NCBI RefSeq assembly: GCF_001194135.2
Contig: NC_068992.1
Location: 45,569,817 to 45,633,816, forward strand
From: Octopus bimaculoides
Taxonomy: Eukaryota
DNA length: 64,000 nt
Direction of reading: 5' to 3'
A program made the translations under genes and the position numbers. The notes beneath the pieces were generated by a model, which was not told the origin of the DNA, ran no database searches, and saw only the letters and a list, made by a program, of their open reading frames with translations. Positions 12,123 to 25,060 of the stretch are shown here, one piece after another. The stretch's first letter is position 1. Each line of letters opens with the position of its first letter.

Positions 12123-13799
12123 CAACTAGTATAGTTAAGGCGAAAACATAGCATGGTGTTTAATTCTCAAACTTGTGTTTAAAACAAGTTTCTTTCGAAC
12201 CGATAAACATCAGGCAAAATAAACAAACGATAATATATAGTGCAGTAAAAACCTTGTTTGAAAACATCTTCAAACCAAGTTTTAGTGGAAAGTAATTATA
12301 GAGAATATTTAATTAATCTGAAGTTTTCTCTCAAATACTTTTGTCAAGAACTCGAGTAAAATATTGGAACATTGGGGAAACAAATCAACAAATAATAAAT
12401 AAACAATAACAATAGAATTTATAAACAATAATAATAAGATAAATAATTCTTAAATACAAATTCGTCGTGTTAATATTTAATTTCCCTGTAGGCCAATAAA
12501 AATATTGCTTTATAACAAACGAAAACAATATTAAAATGATAGAATATGAATCANNNNNNNNNNNNNNNNNNNNNNNNNNNNNNNNNNNNNNNNNNNNNNN
12601 NNNNNNNNNNNNNNNNNNNNNNNNNNNNNNNNNNNNNNNNNNNNNNNNNNNNNNNNNNNNNNNNNNNNNNNNNNNNNNNNNNNNNNNNNNNNNNNNNNNN
12701 NNNNNNNNNNNNNNNNNNNNNNNNNNNNNNNNNNNNNNNNNNNNNNNNNNNNNNNNNNNNNNNNNNNNNNNNNNNNNNNNNNNNNNNNNNNNNNNNNNNN
12801 NNNNNNNNNNNNNNNNNNNNNNNNNNNNNNNNNNNNNNNNNNNNNNNNNNNNNNNNNNNNNNNNNNNNNNNNNNNNNNNNNNNNNNNNNNNNNNNNNNNN
12901 NNNNNNNNNNNNNNNNNNNNNNNNNNNNNNNNNNNNNNNNNNNNNNNNNNNNNNNNNNNNNNNNNNNNNNNNNNNNNNNNNNNNNNNNNNNNNNNNNNNN
13001 NNNNNNNNNNNNNNNNNNNNNNNNNNNNNNNNNNNNNNNNNNNNNNNNNNNNNNNNNNNNNNNNNNNNNNNNNNNNATATACGCACATGTGAAAACAGAG
13101 AGAGAGACGGAGAAAACGAAAGTGTTTAGGCAAACATAACGCAATAAATTATGGCTTTGTAAAGACAGTTGTCACTTGAGATAGTGTTGGTGCTCTGGTC
13201 ATACTTTTACAATCCAATTTACTAAAATGTTTAAAATAAAGATTGGTCGGTGACTAATAAAAAAAAAATATGTCCATGACATTAAATTATTATTTTCTCT
13301 ATGAGAAGAAAAATACAAAATAGAAAATAACGATAACTATAACGTTTCTTTGAAATGATTTGCCAGTTCAAATACTAAATTATATAAGATATTCTTATTT
13401 GAAGCAAACCATTAACCCTTGAAATAAACTTTGGTTTTTGAAATATAGTTTATAAATTATTCATGAAAGATGTTATTATTAGAGGTTTGACAACTTCAAT
13501 ATGTAATGAAATTACATGCATAAAACACATTAATAAGTCATGCCTTCATGTAAGAGAGATAGTATCTTATATAGCTCTCAATTTACATGCAATATAATGT
13601 AGGCTAGAGCATTGAGACTACCTCTATGGAATAATGAAATCATTGTGGGTGTGTTAAGGGGCTGATAATGGCATATTGGAATATGGAAGTTATCACATAT
13701 AACTTCAATGCTGAATACAGAATTTAAGACTTTTGGCCAAAGTGCTCGCGAAAATCGACACCAATCATCCATTGTGTTTAAAAAAATACCACAAATTAT

Positions 13800-13839
13800 T
13801 TTATCGAACCCCAAAGGGTGAAAGGCAAAGTCGACCTAT
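13800..13839 (-). mobile_element. Short fragment of SINE family A
   Basis: Reverse complement AGGTCGACTTTGCCTTTCACCCTTTGGGGTTCGATAAAA matches the middle of the copies at 15.7, 31.3 and 38.0 kb. Confidence 0.7.
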
Positions 13840-13849
13840 AATAATAGGC

Positions 13850-14547
13850 GCTGTCAGGTGGGAGAGTGCGAGATCGTGCAGAACGACTAAGCTGTTCTGT
13901 GTGCGTATGTGAAACGTCCGAGTATTCCTGACTTGTGGAGACATACCGAGCAGCGGTTACTGCGTGTGCAACGTATCCGACTGTCGACCGAATCCATCGT
14001 GATGATCACCCACATCACCCACCTTTAACAAAGCAGAGAAGGTGATGTTTTCCTAAGTATTGGTTATTTCGAAAGAGGTTAGGTGGTGGACGTGGTTAAA
14101 AAGAGTGAAGAAAGATACTTTCCTCTTTGGTCAAGCTTTCATCGATTTTGTAAAGTTCCGTTTGGAAAGAAAAGTTAGTGAAGTGAGAGAAGTGTTTCCT
14201 CCCAGTGAATTTTTGAAACGATGAGACACTGTGGCACAAATGGTTAGAGTGAATGGCCCCACTCTGAATATATCTCTGTAGATTAGAGGACATGAGAGAG
14301 GGCTCGTGCCTTTGGTGATCAGAGTAATCCTTGGTTTGTGGCGTTCCTTGATTGGCCTTAGATGGAGTTTCTCGTGTTTCAGGGGGACTGCATCATTCAT
14401 ATTATCACATACTTAGTACACTACGTATACTTTTATTGAATTTCACTCTTTTCCGGTTCTTTCTCCTCATTTGTTATGTAGATCCGCACACAATTTGTTG
14501 TTTGTCCTTGTGATGTCAGCCAACTATGTCCCTGAGGCTGATAATAG
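13850..14547 (+). mobile_element. 3' end of an L1/Tx1-like non-LTR retrotransposon (ORF2 C-terminus plus 3' UTR), decayed
   Basis: Plus frames give RPSIPDLWRHTEQRLLRVQRIRLSTESIV and KEVRWWTWLKRVKKDTFLFGQAFIDFVKFRLERKV..PPSEFLKR*DTVAQMVRVNGPTL, alignable by eye to the C-terminus at 48.1-48.27 kb; ends in a simple-repeat tail. Confidence 0.7.
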
Positions 14548-14638
14548 TTCTTCTTCTTCTTCTTCTTCTTCTTCTTCTTCTTCTTCTTCTTCTTCTTCTT
14601 CTTCTCCTCCTCCTCCTCCTCCTCCTCCTCCTTCTTCA

Positions 14639-14688
<50 letters not shown>

Positions 14689-14722
14689 GTAGTAGTAGTA
14701 GTAGTAGTAGCAGCAGCAGCAG
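14548..14722. repeat. Five-part compound trinucleotide microsatellite (TTC)(CTC)(TTA)(GTA)(GCA)
   Basis: Directly visible. Confidence 0.95.
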
Positions 14723-15315
14723 AAGCTGTAGTAATAGTAGCTTTTACAGTTGCATGTGTTGATTCCACTTCTTTTCTTCCTTGTCCTCGTTCTCATCACT
14801 ACATAGTACAAAATATATTTGCCATAGTTTTTACATTGTACAGCATATAGTAATACATCAACTCATTACATTCACTATAGTGAAATAAGAACGCTTACTT
14901 CATTCACTTTTCAACATATTCTGTAATTAATCATATTTGTTTAACCCCAACGTAGGATTCATTTAAAAGTATGTAATTTTTCTCTTTACATTGTTTTGAC
15001 AAAGCCTTTCAAATTTGAATTTCATTTAACTTTAGTAATTCCAAAATAATCTCCTGTTCAGGTTAATGAGAATTGTGGTTAGATTTAATTAATTGATAAC
15101 ATATATCACTCGAAACTAAATAAAATGAATAGACGGCTATTATGTAACAAAAACGTCGTAAGAAACACCGAGGAAAAAAAAACACTTAGACATTTTGGAA
15201 AGAAAATGAAACGAAATACCATAATATATTTTGATTAAGAAATCCTAATAAATATCTATTTTTAAAAATTTCTTATCAAATAAATATAATTTTAAAACGG
15301 TATGAGATATTTTAT

Positions 15316-15655
15316 TTACGTTTTTGGAAGTTTATATAAATCTGTTACAAGCTCTGTAGTGTAGGGAGGGTGAGCTACAGTGTTGATGCCCACCTCTATC
15401 AAATAATTGGTGACCAGGCTGGGATTGTGAATTGGTGCATTATCCTGGCTTAGGTACTCTGGACGTTTGCAACGAAATTTCTTTCTGAACGCATTCAAAA
15501 CTTCTATAAAGTGCACTTTGTTGTCAATCTGGCAAGAGAGAGTCCAATAGATTTAGATGATGTTCTTGCTGTCATAATAGGGATCATGTGCTTCCCGGTG
15601 GAGATGCTTTGCCTGGGGTCTGCTGCCACTGAAAACTAGATGCTTGGCTTATGCA
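15316..15655 (-). mobile_element. Mariner transposase catalytic-domain fragment, decayed
   Basis: FIEVLNAFRKKFRCKRP..QDNAPIH..TVAHPPYTTELVTD corresponds to the mariner HDNAPxH..HPPYSPDLAPxD motif; frameshifted RQSISTGKHMIP upstream. Confidence 0.85.
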
Positions 15656-15677
15656 AGTCAATATATAAGACAACTAA

Positions 15678-15890
15678 GGTGGTTAGCTGGCAGAATCGTT
15701 AGCAGTCTGGGCAAAATACTTAGCGGCATTTTGTTCGCCTTGGCGTTCTGAGTTCAAATTCCGCCGAGGTTGACTTCGCCTTTCATCCACTCGAGGACGA
15801 TAAAATAGCTACTAGTTGAGTACTGGTGTCGATGTAATCAACTTTCTCCCTCCTCTGAAATTGGTGGCTTAGTGAAAAAATTTGAAACCA
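15678..15890 (+). mobile_element. tRNA-derived SINE, family A, full length
   Basis: A-box-like TGGCAGAATCG, B-box-like GAGTTCAAATTCC, body shared with copies at 29.3, 31.3, 38.0 and 62.3 kb. Confidence 0.9.
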
Positions 15891-16469
15891 GTATATTTCA
15901 TGTTTCTGTAGCGTTTTTACTTAGTTTAACACAAAACTTAATTGCATATTGATCTTATAAATTGTCTTCAGGTCCCGACTGCATTCTGCAAAGTAGTCGG
16001 TTCTGACAAGCAGTGTTTAGTAGGATGTGTCCAAAGTGCTTTTATAATTGTATCCTTCAATCTGGAATAGCATTAGTTGCCAGGTCATCTTATTAACTGT
16101 ATGGTAATGATGTACTGTGGTAAAATTGCAGCACTCTTGGCCAGTTATAACTGCTTCTCCTAGCGAAGTATCTAAACCTCTGGAATACACTTATTAAGTA
16201 CGCATACATATATGTGTGTGCTTGTGTGTTAGTTTGTGTGTGGGTTGGTGTGTTCGTGCGTGTATGAGAGAGAGAGAATGTGTGTATTTATATACACATA
16301 AGCACTGGCATGGCAGTGTAATAAAGAACGGTGCTTTGCAAACACAGTTTCGACTTCATTCCTTATGCACGACATCTTCAGCAAATGTTTTCTAATATGG
16401 CACCGAAGCAACAAATGCCTTGTGAGTTAATTTAGTCGCTGGAATCATATATACACATATATACGTACG

Positions 16470-16493
16470 TGCATACATACATACATACATGCA

Positions 16494-16536
<43 letters not shown>

Positions 16537-16557
16537 ATATATATATATATATATATA
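16470..16557. repeat. (ATAC)n(ATCT)n(TA)n microsatellite running into a gap
   Basis: Directly visible. Confidence 0.95.
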
Positions 16558-17437
16558 NNNNNNNNNNNNNNNNNNNNNNNNNNNNNNNNNNNNNNNNNNN
16601 NNNNNNNNNNNNNNNNNNNNNNNNNNNNNNNNNNNNNNNNNNNNNNNNNNNNNNNNNNNNNNNNNNNNNNNNNNNNNNNNNNNNNNNNNNNNNNNNNNNN
16701 NNNNNNNNNNNNNNNNNNNNNNNNNNNNNNNNNNNNNNNNNNNNNNNNNNNNNNNNNNNNNNNNNNNNNNNNNNNNNNNNNNNNNNNNNNNNNNNNNNNN
16801 NNNNNNNNNNNNNNNNNNNNNNNNNNNNNNNNNNNNNNNNNNNNNNNNNNNNNNNNNNNNNNNNNNNNNTATATATATATATATATATATATATTAAGGG
16901 CATTACTATACATAGATGCCTCACGCTAGGAGGGACTTTGAAAATCAAAACTACCATAATAAACACGTTTTACCGAACGCGAGGAAATGCAACTCTCGAA
17001 GCGAGCCTCTTAAAATTTTCTTTTTCATTATCTTTGTTTTTTTTAATTGATCATATATATAATATGTCCATATATAAGCAGACATAAACATAAATACAGA
17101 TATACATAGACAGGTTAAGGGACAAATAGTTGGATATTTGTAGATATTCATGCAATATACATATTCATATGTATATTCACACGCACAAACACTAAGACAT
17201 ATTTGTGTATATATATGTTCATGTATATATATGCGTGTGTGTGTATCCAGATCTACATATATGTGTGTATATATGAATATGCGCACACATATATATACAT
17301 ATGCTCACACATACACGCGCACACACACACACACACACATGTATATATACATACAGATGCATATATACACATTTGAACATATATGCATTCGCACGCACGC
17401 ACATATACATACATACGTATATATGTTTCTATTTGTG

Positions 17438-17486
<49 letters not shown>

Positions 17487-17917
17487 AAAGCAGAACCAGG
17501 GAATGTAAGGATCAAACGGGTTATTACAATAAGGGTGTTATTTCCAACAGGATAAACAGAGAAGTGAAGGATTGATGGCCAACACAATAAACAGAAGGAT
17601 GTAAAGCAGATAAAACATCCAGCATTGAATGTCAAATACAAAGCAACGTATCTCTGCAGACTTCTCTTTTAGAAGTGAAGTCTTTGAAACGATTGTAAAT
17701 TGTAAAGATCCGACTTAAAAGCTTTTCCAATCTTACATGTTGTTAGACGCTGGGACGATTGTGGCACAATTGCTTTATGAATTAACATGTGTGTGTACAT
17801 GTGTGTATGGGTGTGTGTATGTGTGAGTATGTGTGTGTATGCGTGTGCTTACGTGTTTAGATACTATCATAGATGTACATTCATTATAAAATACATACAT
17901 GTGTACATATATATAAG

Positions 17918-17948
<31 letters not shown>

Positions 17949-20900
17949 GTATANNNNNNNNNNNNNNNNNNNNNNNNNNNNNNNNNNNNNNNNNNNNNNN
18001 NNNNNNNNNNNNNNNNNNNNNNNNNNNNNNNNNNNNNNNNNNNNNNNNNNNNNNNNNNNNNNNNNNNNNNNNNNNNNNNNNNNNNNNNNNNNNNNNNNNN
18101 NNNNNNNNNNNNNNNNNNNNNNNNNNNNNNNNNNNNNNNNNNNNNNNNNNNNNNNNNNNNNNNNNNNNNNNNNNNNNNNNNNNNNNNNNNNNNNNNNNNN
18201 NNNNNNNNNNNNNNNNNNNNNNNNNNNNNNNNNNNNNNNNNNNNNNNNNNNNNNNNNNNNNNNNNNNNNNNNNNNNNNNNNTATATATATATATATATTT
18301 GTGAATATATAACATACCCACAAAACACACCTTTATGCATATGTCTATATGTGTATGCTTGCACTCACCCATATAATAAGTATGGATCTATCGTTCTTTT
18401 CGCACGTAGACGCATATATATTACGTGTGTAGGCATGTGATACGCTGTACACATGGGATCGTGAGTGTGTGAACGTACGGGAACATTTTTATTATGTTAA
18501 TGTGAATTGATGAGACACTGACTGTAGCAAGACCGATGTGCCATACTGCAGCCCAGCCCATTATCTTGATGTTTATATATGAAACGAAATTTGTTGAGAG
18601 TGTTATGCTCTAGTTCGGCTCCGTTTTCCAAAATTTGACAGAGACGAGACACACCTCTGGAGACTGTGCCAGCTAATGGTACCCACAAACCGTACAGTTG
18701 CTCGGAGTGTTACGTGACTGGATGAACCGTGATTCATGTTGGAATCTTTGAAATAAATGGGTAAGTGAAAAATAATAAAATGAATTGACTTTTCTTTTAG
18801 CACCTTATTTTTCCTTTACTGGTTTTATTTCTTGTAAAAATTGTGTTTTCTCGCAGAGATTCGAACTTAGATTTCAAGTAAAATAATTACATACTGCGTA
18901 AATCATTTATTGAGTTTCTCCGCCATTTCTGGCACTCCACTTTGCGTTCCTGCTTTAATTTTCTCTAGTTTTAATTTCCTCAACAAAGCTGAAATATTTC
19001 TCTTTTCAGTCAAATTATACCAACGTTTTACGTGGGAGAGATGCGTATAATTATATACACGTTTCTTTGTTTTTTTGAAAGCGACGTTCACTTCGTATCA
19101 ACTGAAGGAGATACGAATCTAGTACAAGATTTTGTCTTAGTAATAAAGGGCTGCGCACTCATCAGGCATACACAATATCTTCACTGGCGAGACAAAAAAT
19201 CAACAAAAACTGAGCAAATTCACAATGCAAGAGATTTCAAAATAATTGAAGTGTCTATGGTCCTTACAATACCATGTATCCTGATATGTGTTCTAGTCTG
19301 CTAAATATCATATAAGATGTTACTTCTTGATCTTCATTTATAACTCACAAAAGCGCTTGTTACTAATTGCACGAGTTCCGATATAGACCTGCTGCCGCCT
19401 ACATAGGAATTGAAATGAGGAATGTTAGTTATTTCTCTCATGCAACATTGCGATAAAATGTTAACATGCCACTATCATAAAGACAAACACGCCTAAACAT
19501 AAGTATCTAGGCGCATACTTAGGTACGCTCTGTTGCACACACGCTGACGTCACTGGATTACATACACACACATAGGCACATACACACATAGAAATATTCA
19601 TACTTAGATACAAGCATACATACGTTCATTCATTAATATATACGTCCATCCATCCATCCATCCATCCATCCATCCATACATACAAACATACATACATAAA
19701 CACGAACAAACACAAGAATTATTAGGGGAACGTTCTCATTGAAACTTCAATCAAATACAAACATATCAGGCAGCTTATATTTGTTTGGGACAGGGAAGCA
19801 AAAAATATTTACCATCATAGAAGTCAGCTGCTCTTCTAATGGGAATATCTCTTAGAAAATCTAGGAGAAATAGGATAACTATAGACAGCTGCTTTGAAAT
19901 CTTTGCCATTTATACCCGGATTATAAATTCACATTTATACCAATAATATTTGGTGCACTTGGTTTCGTTAATAAATGCTTCACTGTGAATTTGCAAAAGT
20001 AAGTTTTACAGAAAACGAAATCACCAGTTGACACGAACATGATAAATACAATCTCTAAACGGAATAGTAAAGATACGCAAAGCTTTTCTTAAGTTCATTA
20101 TGCAACATTGATTTTGTAATCTACGTCCTAACGATGTAGCTTTGTATCGTTGTTATAAACCTGTCCCTTCCACACAGAAAGACTTCAATTTTTTAAAAGT
20201 AGATTAAATTATCTTTTGATAAAGTTAGGGCTCGCAAAGTTGTCAGCAGAGCTGTTAGGTTCTTGACTTAAATACAAGAATCTTTCAGCTCGTCGCAGCT
20301 ATGCATGTTGATACTACGGATGTGAAGTATGTGTGTACATGTGTGCGTGGGTGTGTGGCTGTATATGTGTACATGTACGGTAACGTAGAATAATGGTCAG
20401 CAGTACCAACGCTGCCAATTATTCGCCAGCTCGTCTCTACGTTCACCTATCTCATTTTAATATTTATGACAACTATATCTTTTTCCCTTAAAAGGAGAGA
20501 CTATTTGTTCCTATCTCCCTCCCCTTTGTCTCCTCTCTCTTTTTTCTTTATTCCTATCATCACTATACGTCTCTCACTCCCCACATTTTTGACCTCATGC
20601 TTCTCTTTTGTACTGCAAAACCATTGCATTTCTTTTTGATGCTATGCTACTGGCTTCGCTCCTCCATTTTATATCTATGGTAAGTTACCTTGAATATTTC
20701 AAACGACAATTAATTAAGTTAATCTCGGATTGATGATTGGTTGCGTAACTATTCCGTCAAAGGATCAACTAGCTAGCTAAGAAATGTAGCTTACATTTTA
20801 TGCGTTCCAATCCCTCAATTGTATGTATGTATNNNNNNNNNNNNNNNNNNNNNNNNNNNNNNNNNNNNNNNNNNNNNNNNNNNNNNNNNNNNNNNNNNNN

Positions 20901-21040
20901 NNNNNNNNNNNNNNNNNNNNNNNNNNNNNNNNNNNNNNNNNNNNNNNNNNNNNNNNNNNNNNNNNNNNNNNNNNNNNNNNNNNNNNNNNNNNNNNNNNNN
21001 NNNNNNNNNNNNNNNNNNNNNNNNNNNNNNNNNNTATATA

Positions 21041-21627
21041 CAAGGTGCGGTTATATACAAACTGTCCTGTAAATTACGCGAAAATAAAAATAACACTGAC
21101 ATCTCATTTTAACAGATACATTTGCCGCCAAAATTATATTAAAATATCTTGAAATACTAAAGGGTAATTTTTTTTTTCAATTACATCGCCATTAGCTTCA
21201 ACCACGGCCTCAAGACGACTTCGGAATCTTCTGCAACTCTTCCGTACCGTCTCCTTGTTTAAGTTGTTGAATGCTGCCATAATTCTTGCCTCTTGCTTAA
21301 CTGCGCCCCACACATAATAATGAAGAAGAGGATTGCAGTCTGGGGAGTTAGGTGGCCAGATGTTAGGGGTGATATGGTCGCAGAAATTGCTGACAGCTAT
21401 GACTGCGTTCTCCCGATTGTGTGGCATTGTGCAGTGTCCTGTTGCAAGATATAGGGTCTTCCAGCAGCCACCCTCTTCACATAGGACAGCGCTACATCCT
21501 CCAGGCACTTGACGTAGGCCTCCGTGTCGAGTTTGAAGCCGTGTGGGAAGATGAAAGGAAGCATAACATCGCCATCACTAGTGATCACTCCAAACACCAT
21601 GATGTTGACTGGATGCTTGTTTTTTAT
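21041..21627 (-). mobile_element. Tc1/mariner maT-type (DD37D-like) element: 3' half of the transposase and one terminal inverted repeat
   Basis: KHPVNIMVFGVITSDGDVMLPFIFPHG..QQDTAQCHT and NFCDHITPNIWPPNSPDCNPLLHYYVWGAV; the spacing from the second Asp to the third catalytic position is about 37 after repairing one frameshift; end reads TA+CAAGGTG. Confidence 0.9.
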
Positions 21628-21896
21628 TATACTCAGTACATGTACTCAGAATGCACTGTCCTCAAATTAAAACCCAAACACTCTGAAATGTTCGTATCGG
21701 TGCTTCCAGTGTGCATGCCAAGCAGTACAGCATGTCGTTTCCAAATTTTTGGCAAAGTGCATTGAGTCATGGTGCTGTTCTTCTCGGAGGCGTTGCTCAA
21801 CTGACCCTACTTTACTGTGTAGTCGATAAAATCAAAAAGCAAACAATGCACATGCAGGAAATTAAAAATATGAAGTGGCGACAATTTATTCATCAC

Positions 21897-21897
<1 letters not shown>

Positions 21898-21938
<41 letters not shown>

Positions 21939-22007
21939 GATAGACAGATAGACAGATAGATAAATGGACGGACGGACAGACAGACAAATAGATATATAGA
22001 TAGATAA

Positions 22008-22025
<18 letters not shown>
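21898..22025. repeat. (TG)n followed by (AGAT/AGAC)n microsatellite
   Basis: Directly visible. Confidence 0.95.
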
Positions 22026-22044
<19 letters not shown>

Positions 22045-22459
22045 GTCAAGCACATTCACATACATTTGGAATGCATTCATGAAGACAATGAGATAAAGAA
22101 CAAACTCCATGCACCATAACTGAAGTAGTAATGATATGTTAATGTGTTTCCATCAAAGTAAAGAACACAACGTGCAAGATATAAACTTAATGACTTTGAA
22201 CTTAAAGTCAGTAAGCCACATTGCTTCTATTAAGTATGTCGTTATGAAATATTGCACGTAATGTTGAAATGCTTGCAAACCCGAAAAAGTTTCGTTTGAT
22301 ATTTTACGTCAATAACAATCAAAATAATTGGTTGAAAAGAAAATGTTATTTCAAACATTCTCTTGCATTAAAATAGGGCTCTCTAACTTCACTTGCGTTT
22401 TCTATAGTTAGCTACATATCACTCAATCTTCTTTCTGTCATACTCTACATTATTTATTG

Positions 22460-22498
<39 letters not shown>

Positions 22499-22559
22499 CA
22501 CATACACACACAGCGTGTGTATCCGTCGATGCGTTTTCGAAATATTCTGCCTCCTCTTC

Positions 22560-22738
22560 CCCTCTCTCAGTGACTCGTACATCTGCTTTGAGAAGACCCA
22601 CGTGACAGACATCCCCCTCTCTCTCTCTCTCTCTTTGTCAGTGTACACTTGTTGCTAACCACTTGCTGACCCGAACAATAGCAGTCCCATAATTCCTGAG
22701 TTAGCCATCTGAAATGTCGGAATAACTTGGCGGTAAGT
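22560..22738 (+). promoter_or_regulatory. Candidate promoter or non-coding exon (22642-22732)
   Basis: CACGTGAC 22599-22606, (CT)n tract, TCAGT at 22638-22642 (initiator-like, or the AG acceptor), donor GCG|gtaagt at 22733; stops in all three frames. Confidence 0.3.
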
Positions 22739-24974
22739 TTGAATTTTTAAATCCAAAACATCTGGTTCCACTATTATATTTTTGGAGTGTTCTGAAAACA
22801 AAAACATCATCTATATTATATTTCTTATTTCAGAAGTAGCTAATTAATCTTAAATTAATTTCACTAAGGGTATTTTTTTGTTTTATTGAAATTGACTTAG
22901 AATTTACGTATACGCTTATACGTGTGTTCTTATACATTTCTTTGGGTACCAGCGGCTTCAGAATAATCCCTTTGTGTACATACATAGCTATTCCAGCCAG
23001 TCTATTCTTCAAAAGTACACATTTACANNNNNNNNNNTAGAGGGTGAAAAATTCTGGCTTTGGGTAAAAGAAAATACGGGAGGGTCAATTAATTATGATT
23101 TCATTCAATATATTACCCTCTCAGATTCATACACTTATTGCAGCGATTCTTCAGTTTTTCTAAGCCCAGTGAAAGAACGCAGAAAATTGAATCTGCATCT
23201 AGACCTTTTGCGAAACCCTTAAAGCCAAGAAATTTTCAACACCCCCTTGTAGATAAACGCACAGACAAGTATGATTAGATTTAGAAATTTAAGATATACA
23301 GACATTTTATTCTGAAGCTGTTTAGTTAAGACTCTTCTGTTTCATTGCTTTTTCAAATGTTACCCCATAATATGACAAATATTATGTTTTAAAGCATCAT
23401 TACTATGATGCACAAACATGGCTTCTATGAATAATCAGTCAACAGAGTACACCATTTGAAGACTAAATTAGAGATTGAAGACATAAAAATATAAGACAAA
23501 TATAAATGCTAAGCTATGAAAAACCTCTAAGATGCCAATCTACCTGCTAGAGTTATTACTCACTCATTAAGAAAAAAAAGAGACAAAAAAATCACACACA
23601 CCTGTATTTCTGTTTGAATTTCATATACTATCACAAAAGCGTATCGCTTGAGAGAAAAAAAAAATGATGTTGTTGGTGTAACTCACAAATCTATAGAAAT
23701 GAAGCAAATGCCACTGCTTCTTATCGAGTGCCAATAGCCACAAGTCAGAGCCCGCAACAACGCAAAACATTTTTCAGATTTTACGTGCGATTTTGGGAGA
23801 ACCCATCCATAACCGGATGCAATACCAAGAGAAAAATAATGGATTTCTCATGACAGATCTCATCTATGAATTCACAAATTGATTTCATATTTTCTTATGT
23901 TTGGAAATGATTGTTGAGAATGCTCAAATGCGCATCATTTGAACCGACCCTTAACCATCTATGAAAATTATGTGCTGTCCAAAAATCTATGTTCTACAGA
24001 TAGAATGTTCTTAAAAAACTTGACGAAGCATTTTGAAGGTCTCAGTGACAGAGTTGCGTGTATCCTGTAAAATGTAAGAGAGACATACCGCTCGAATCAT
24101 CGTAAATATCTCAGAACTGTTCTAATATAAAATTACAAATTGAATATGATTGCGCTGCATGAAACTTATAGGTAGACTGACTCTATAGAGTATCAACGCT
24201 CAACAACCGTGCACGTATTTTCGTTAAGCCCGACAATCGCAGTCCATGCATTTAGGAAACTCTCTGATAAGCCTTCACATTTTTCTCTCTGGACGCATTT
24301 TGTTAAAATATAACGTGTACTTATAATGAAGTATTTCGGATTTATAATTATTTCCTAGAACAATAATTATTTCTCTTTTAACATGCTACTTCAGATAACA
24401 GTATAAAATGATAGTTGGCGATTTTATAGAAAGAAAATTTAATTGGATTTAAATGCGTCAGTCTGATATCTTTATCAAAAATCATGACTTTTAATTTCTT
24501 TTCAAGTAACGAATTAAATCGTGTAATCTGGGTGGGAAAATGCAATTATTATTTATGATAAGACTGGTTTTGTTTTATTCTGATCATGGCGATAAATAAC
24601 GGAAATAATATTTGAGGATGTTTAAATATCAACGAGACGATTGCAACTGAAAACTGGAGTTAACTGAAGTGAACAGTGAGAAACGGTTCCATAAAAAGAC
24701 GATTCCCTGTCATTTTTCACCCACAATGACGCTTCTACCTTCTCTCTATACAAATACCATTTAAATGGAAACAATGACAACAGTGGATCTCCATCACCCT
24801 AAGATAAGGATGCAATTGTTCGCTCAACTGAATAACCTTCCTGATCTTAAATTATCGTGTAAGTAGCAGAACGTTCAACAATTATGTGTACTCTTAACAT
24901 TATTCTGTGGTCGACCAGCATGACAGTGTGTAACGCAGCTTTAGCTTTTCAGTTACAGATATAATCCACCCAAA

Positions 24975-25060
24975 GGCTTCTATATAGTTTCCGTTTATCC
25001 ATTTTCACTCACAAAGCATGGATCGACCTGACACTATCATAAATGACACTTTCTAAATGC
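24975..25060 (-). mobile_element. Decayed SINE fragment with a CORE-like body
   Basis: CTTCTATATAGTTTCCGT..TTCACTCACAAAGCATGGATCGACC resembles, on the opposite strand, the fragments at 29.6 and 16.4 kb and an octopus SINE known from recall. Confidence 0.4.

Noticed and set aside
18687-18710. KPYSCSEC, resembling a C2H2 zinc-finger start
   Set aside because: A stop follows five codons later with no His pair; chance match
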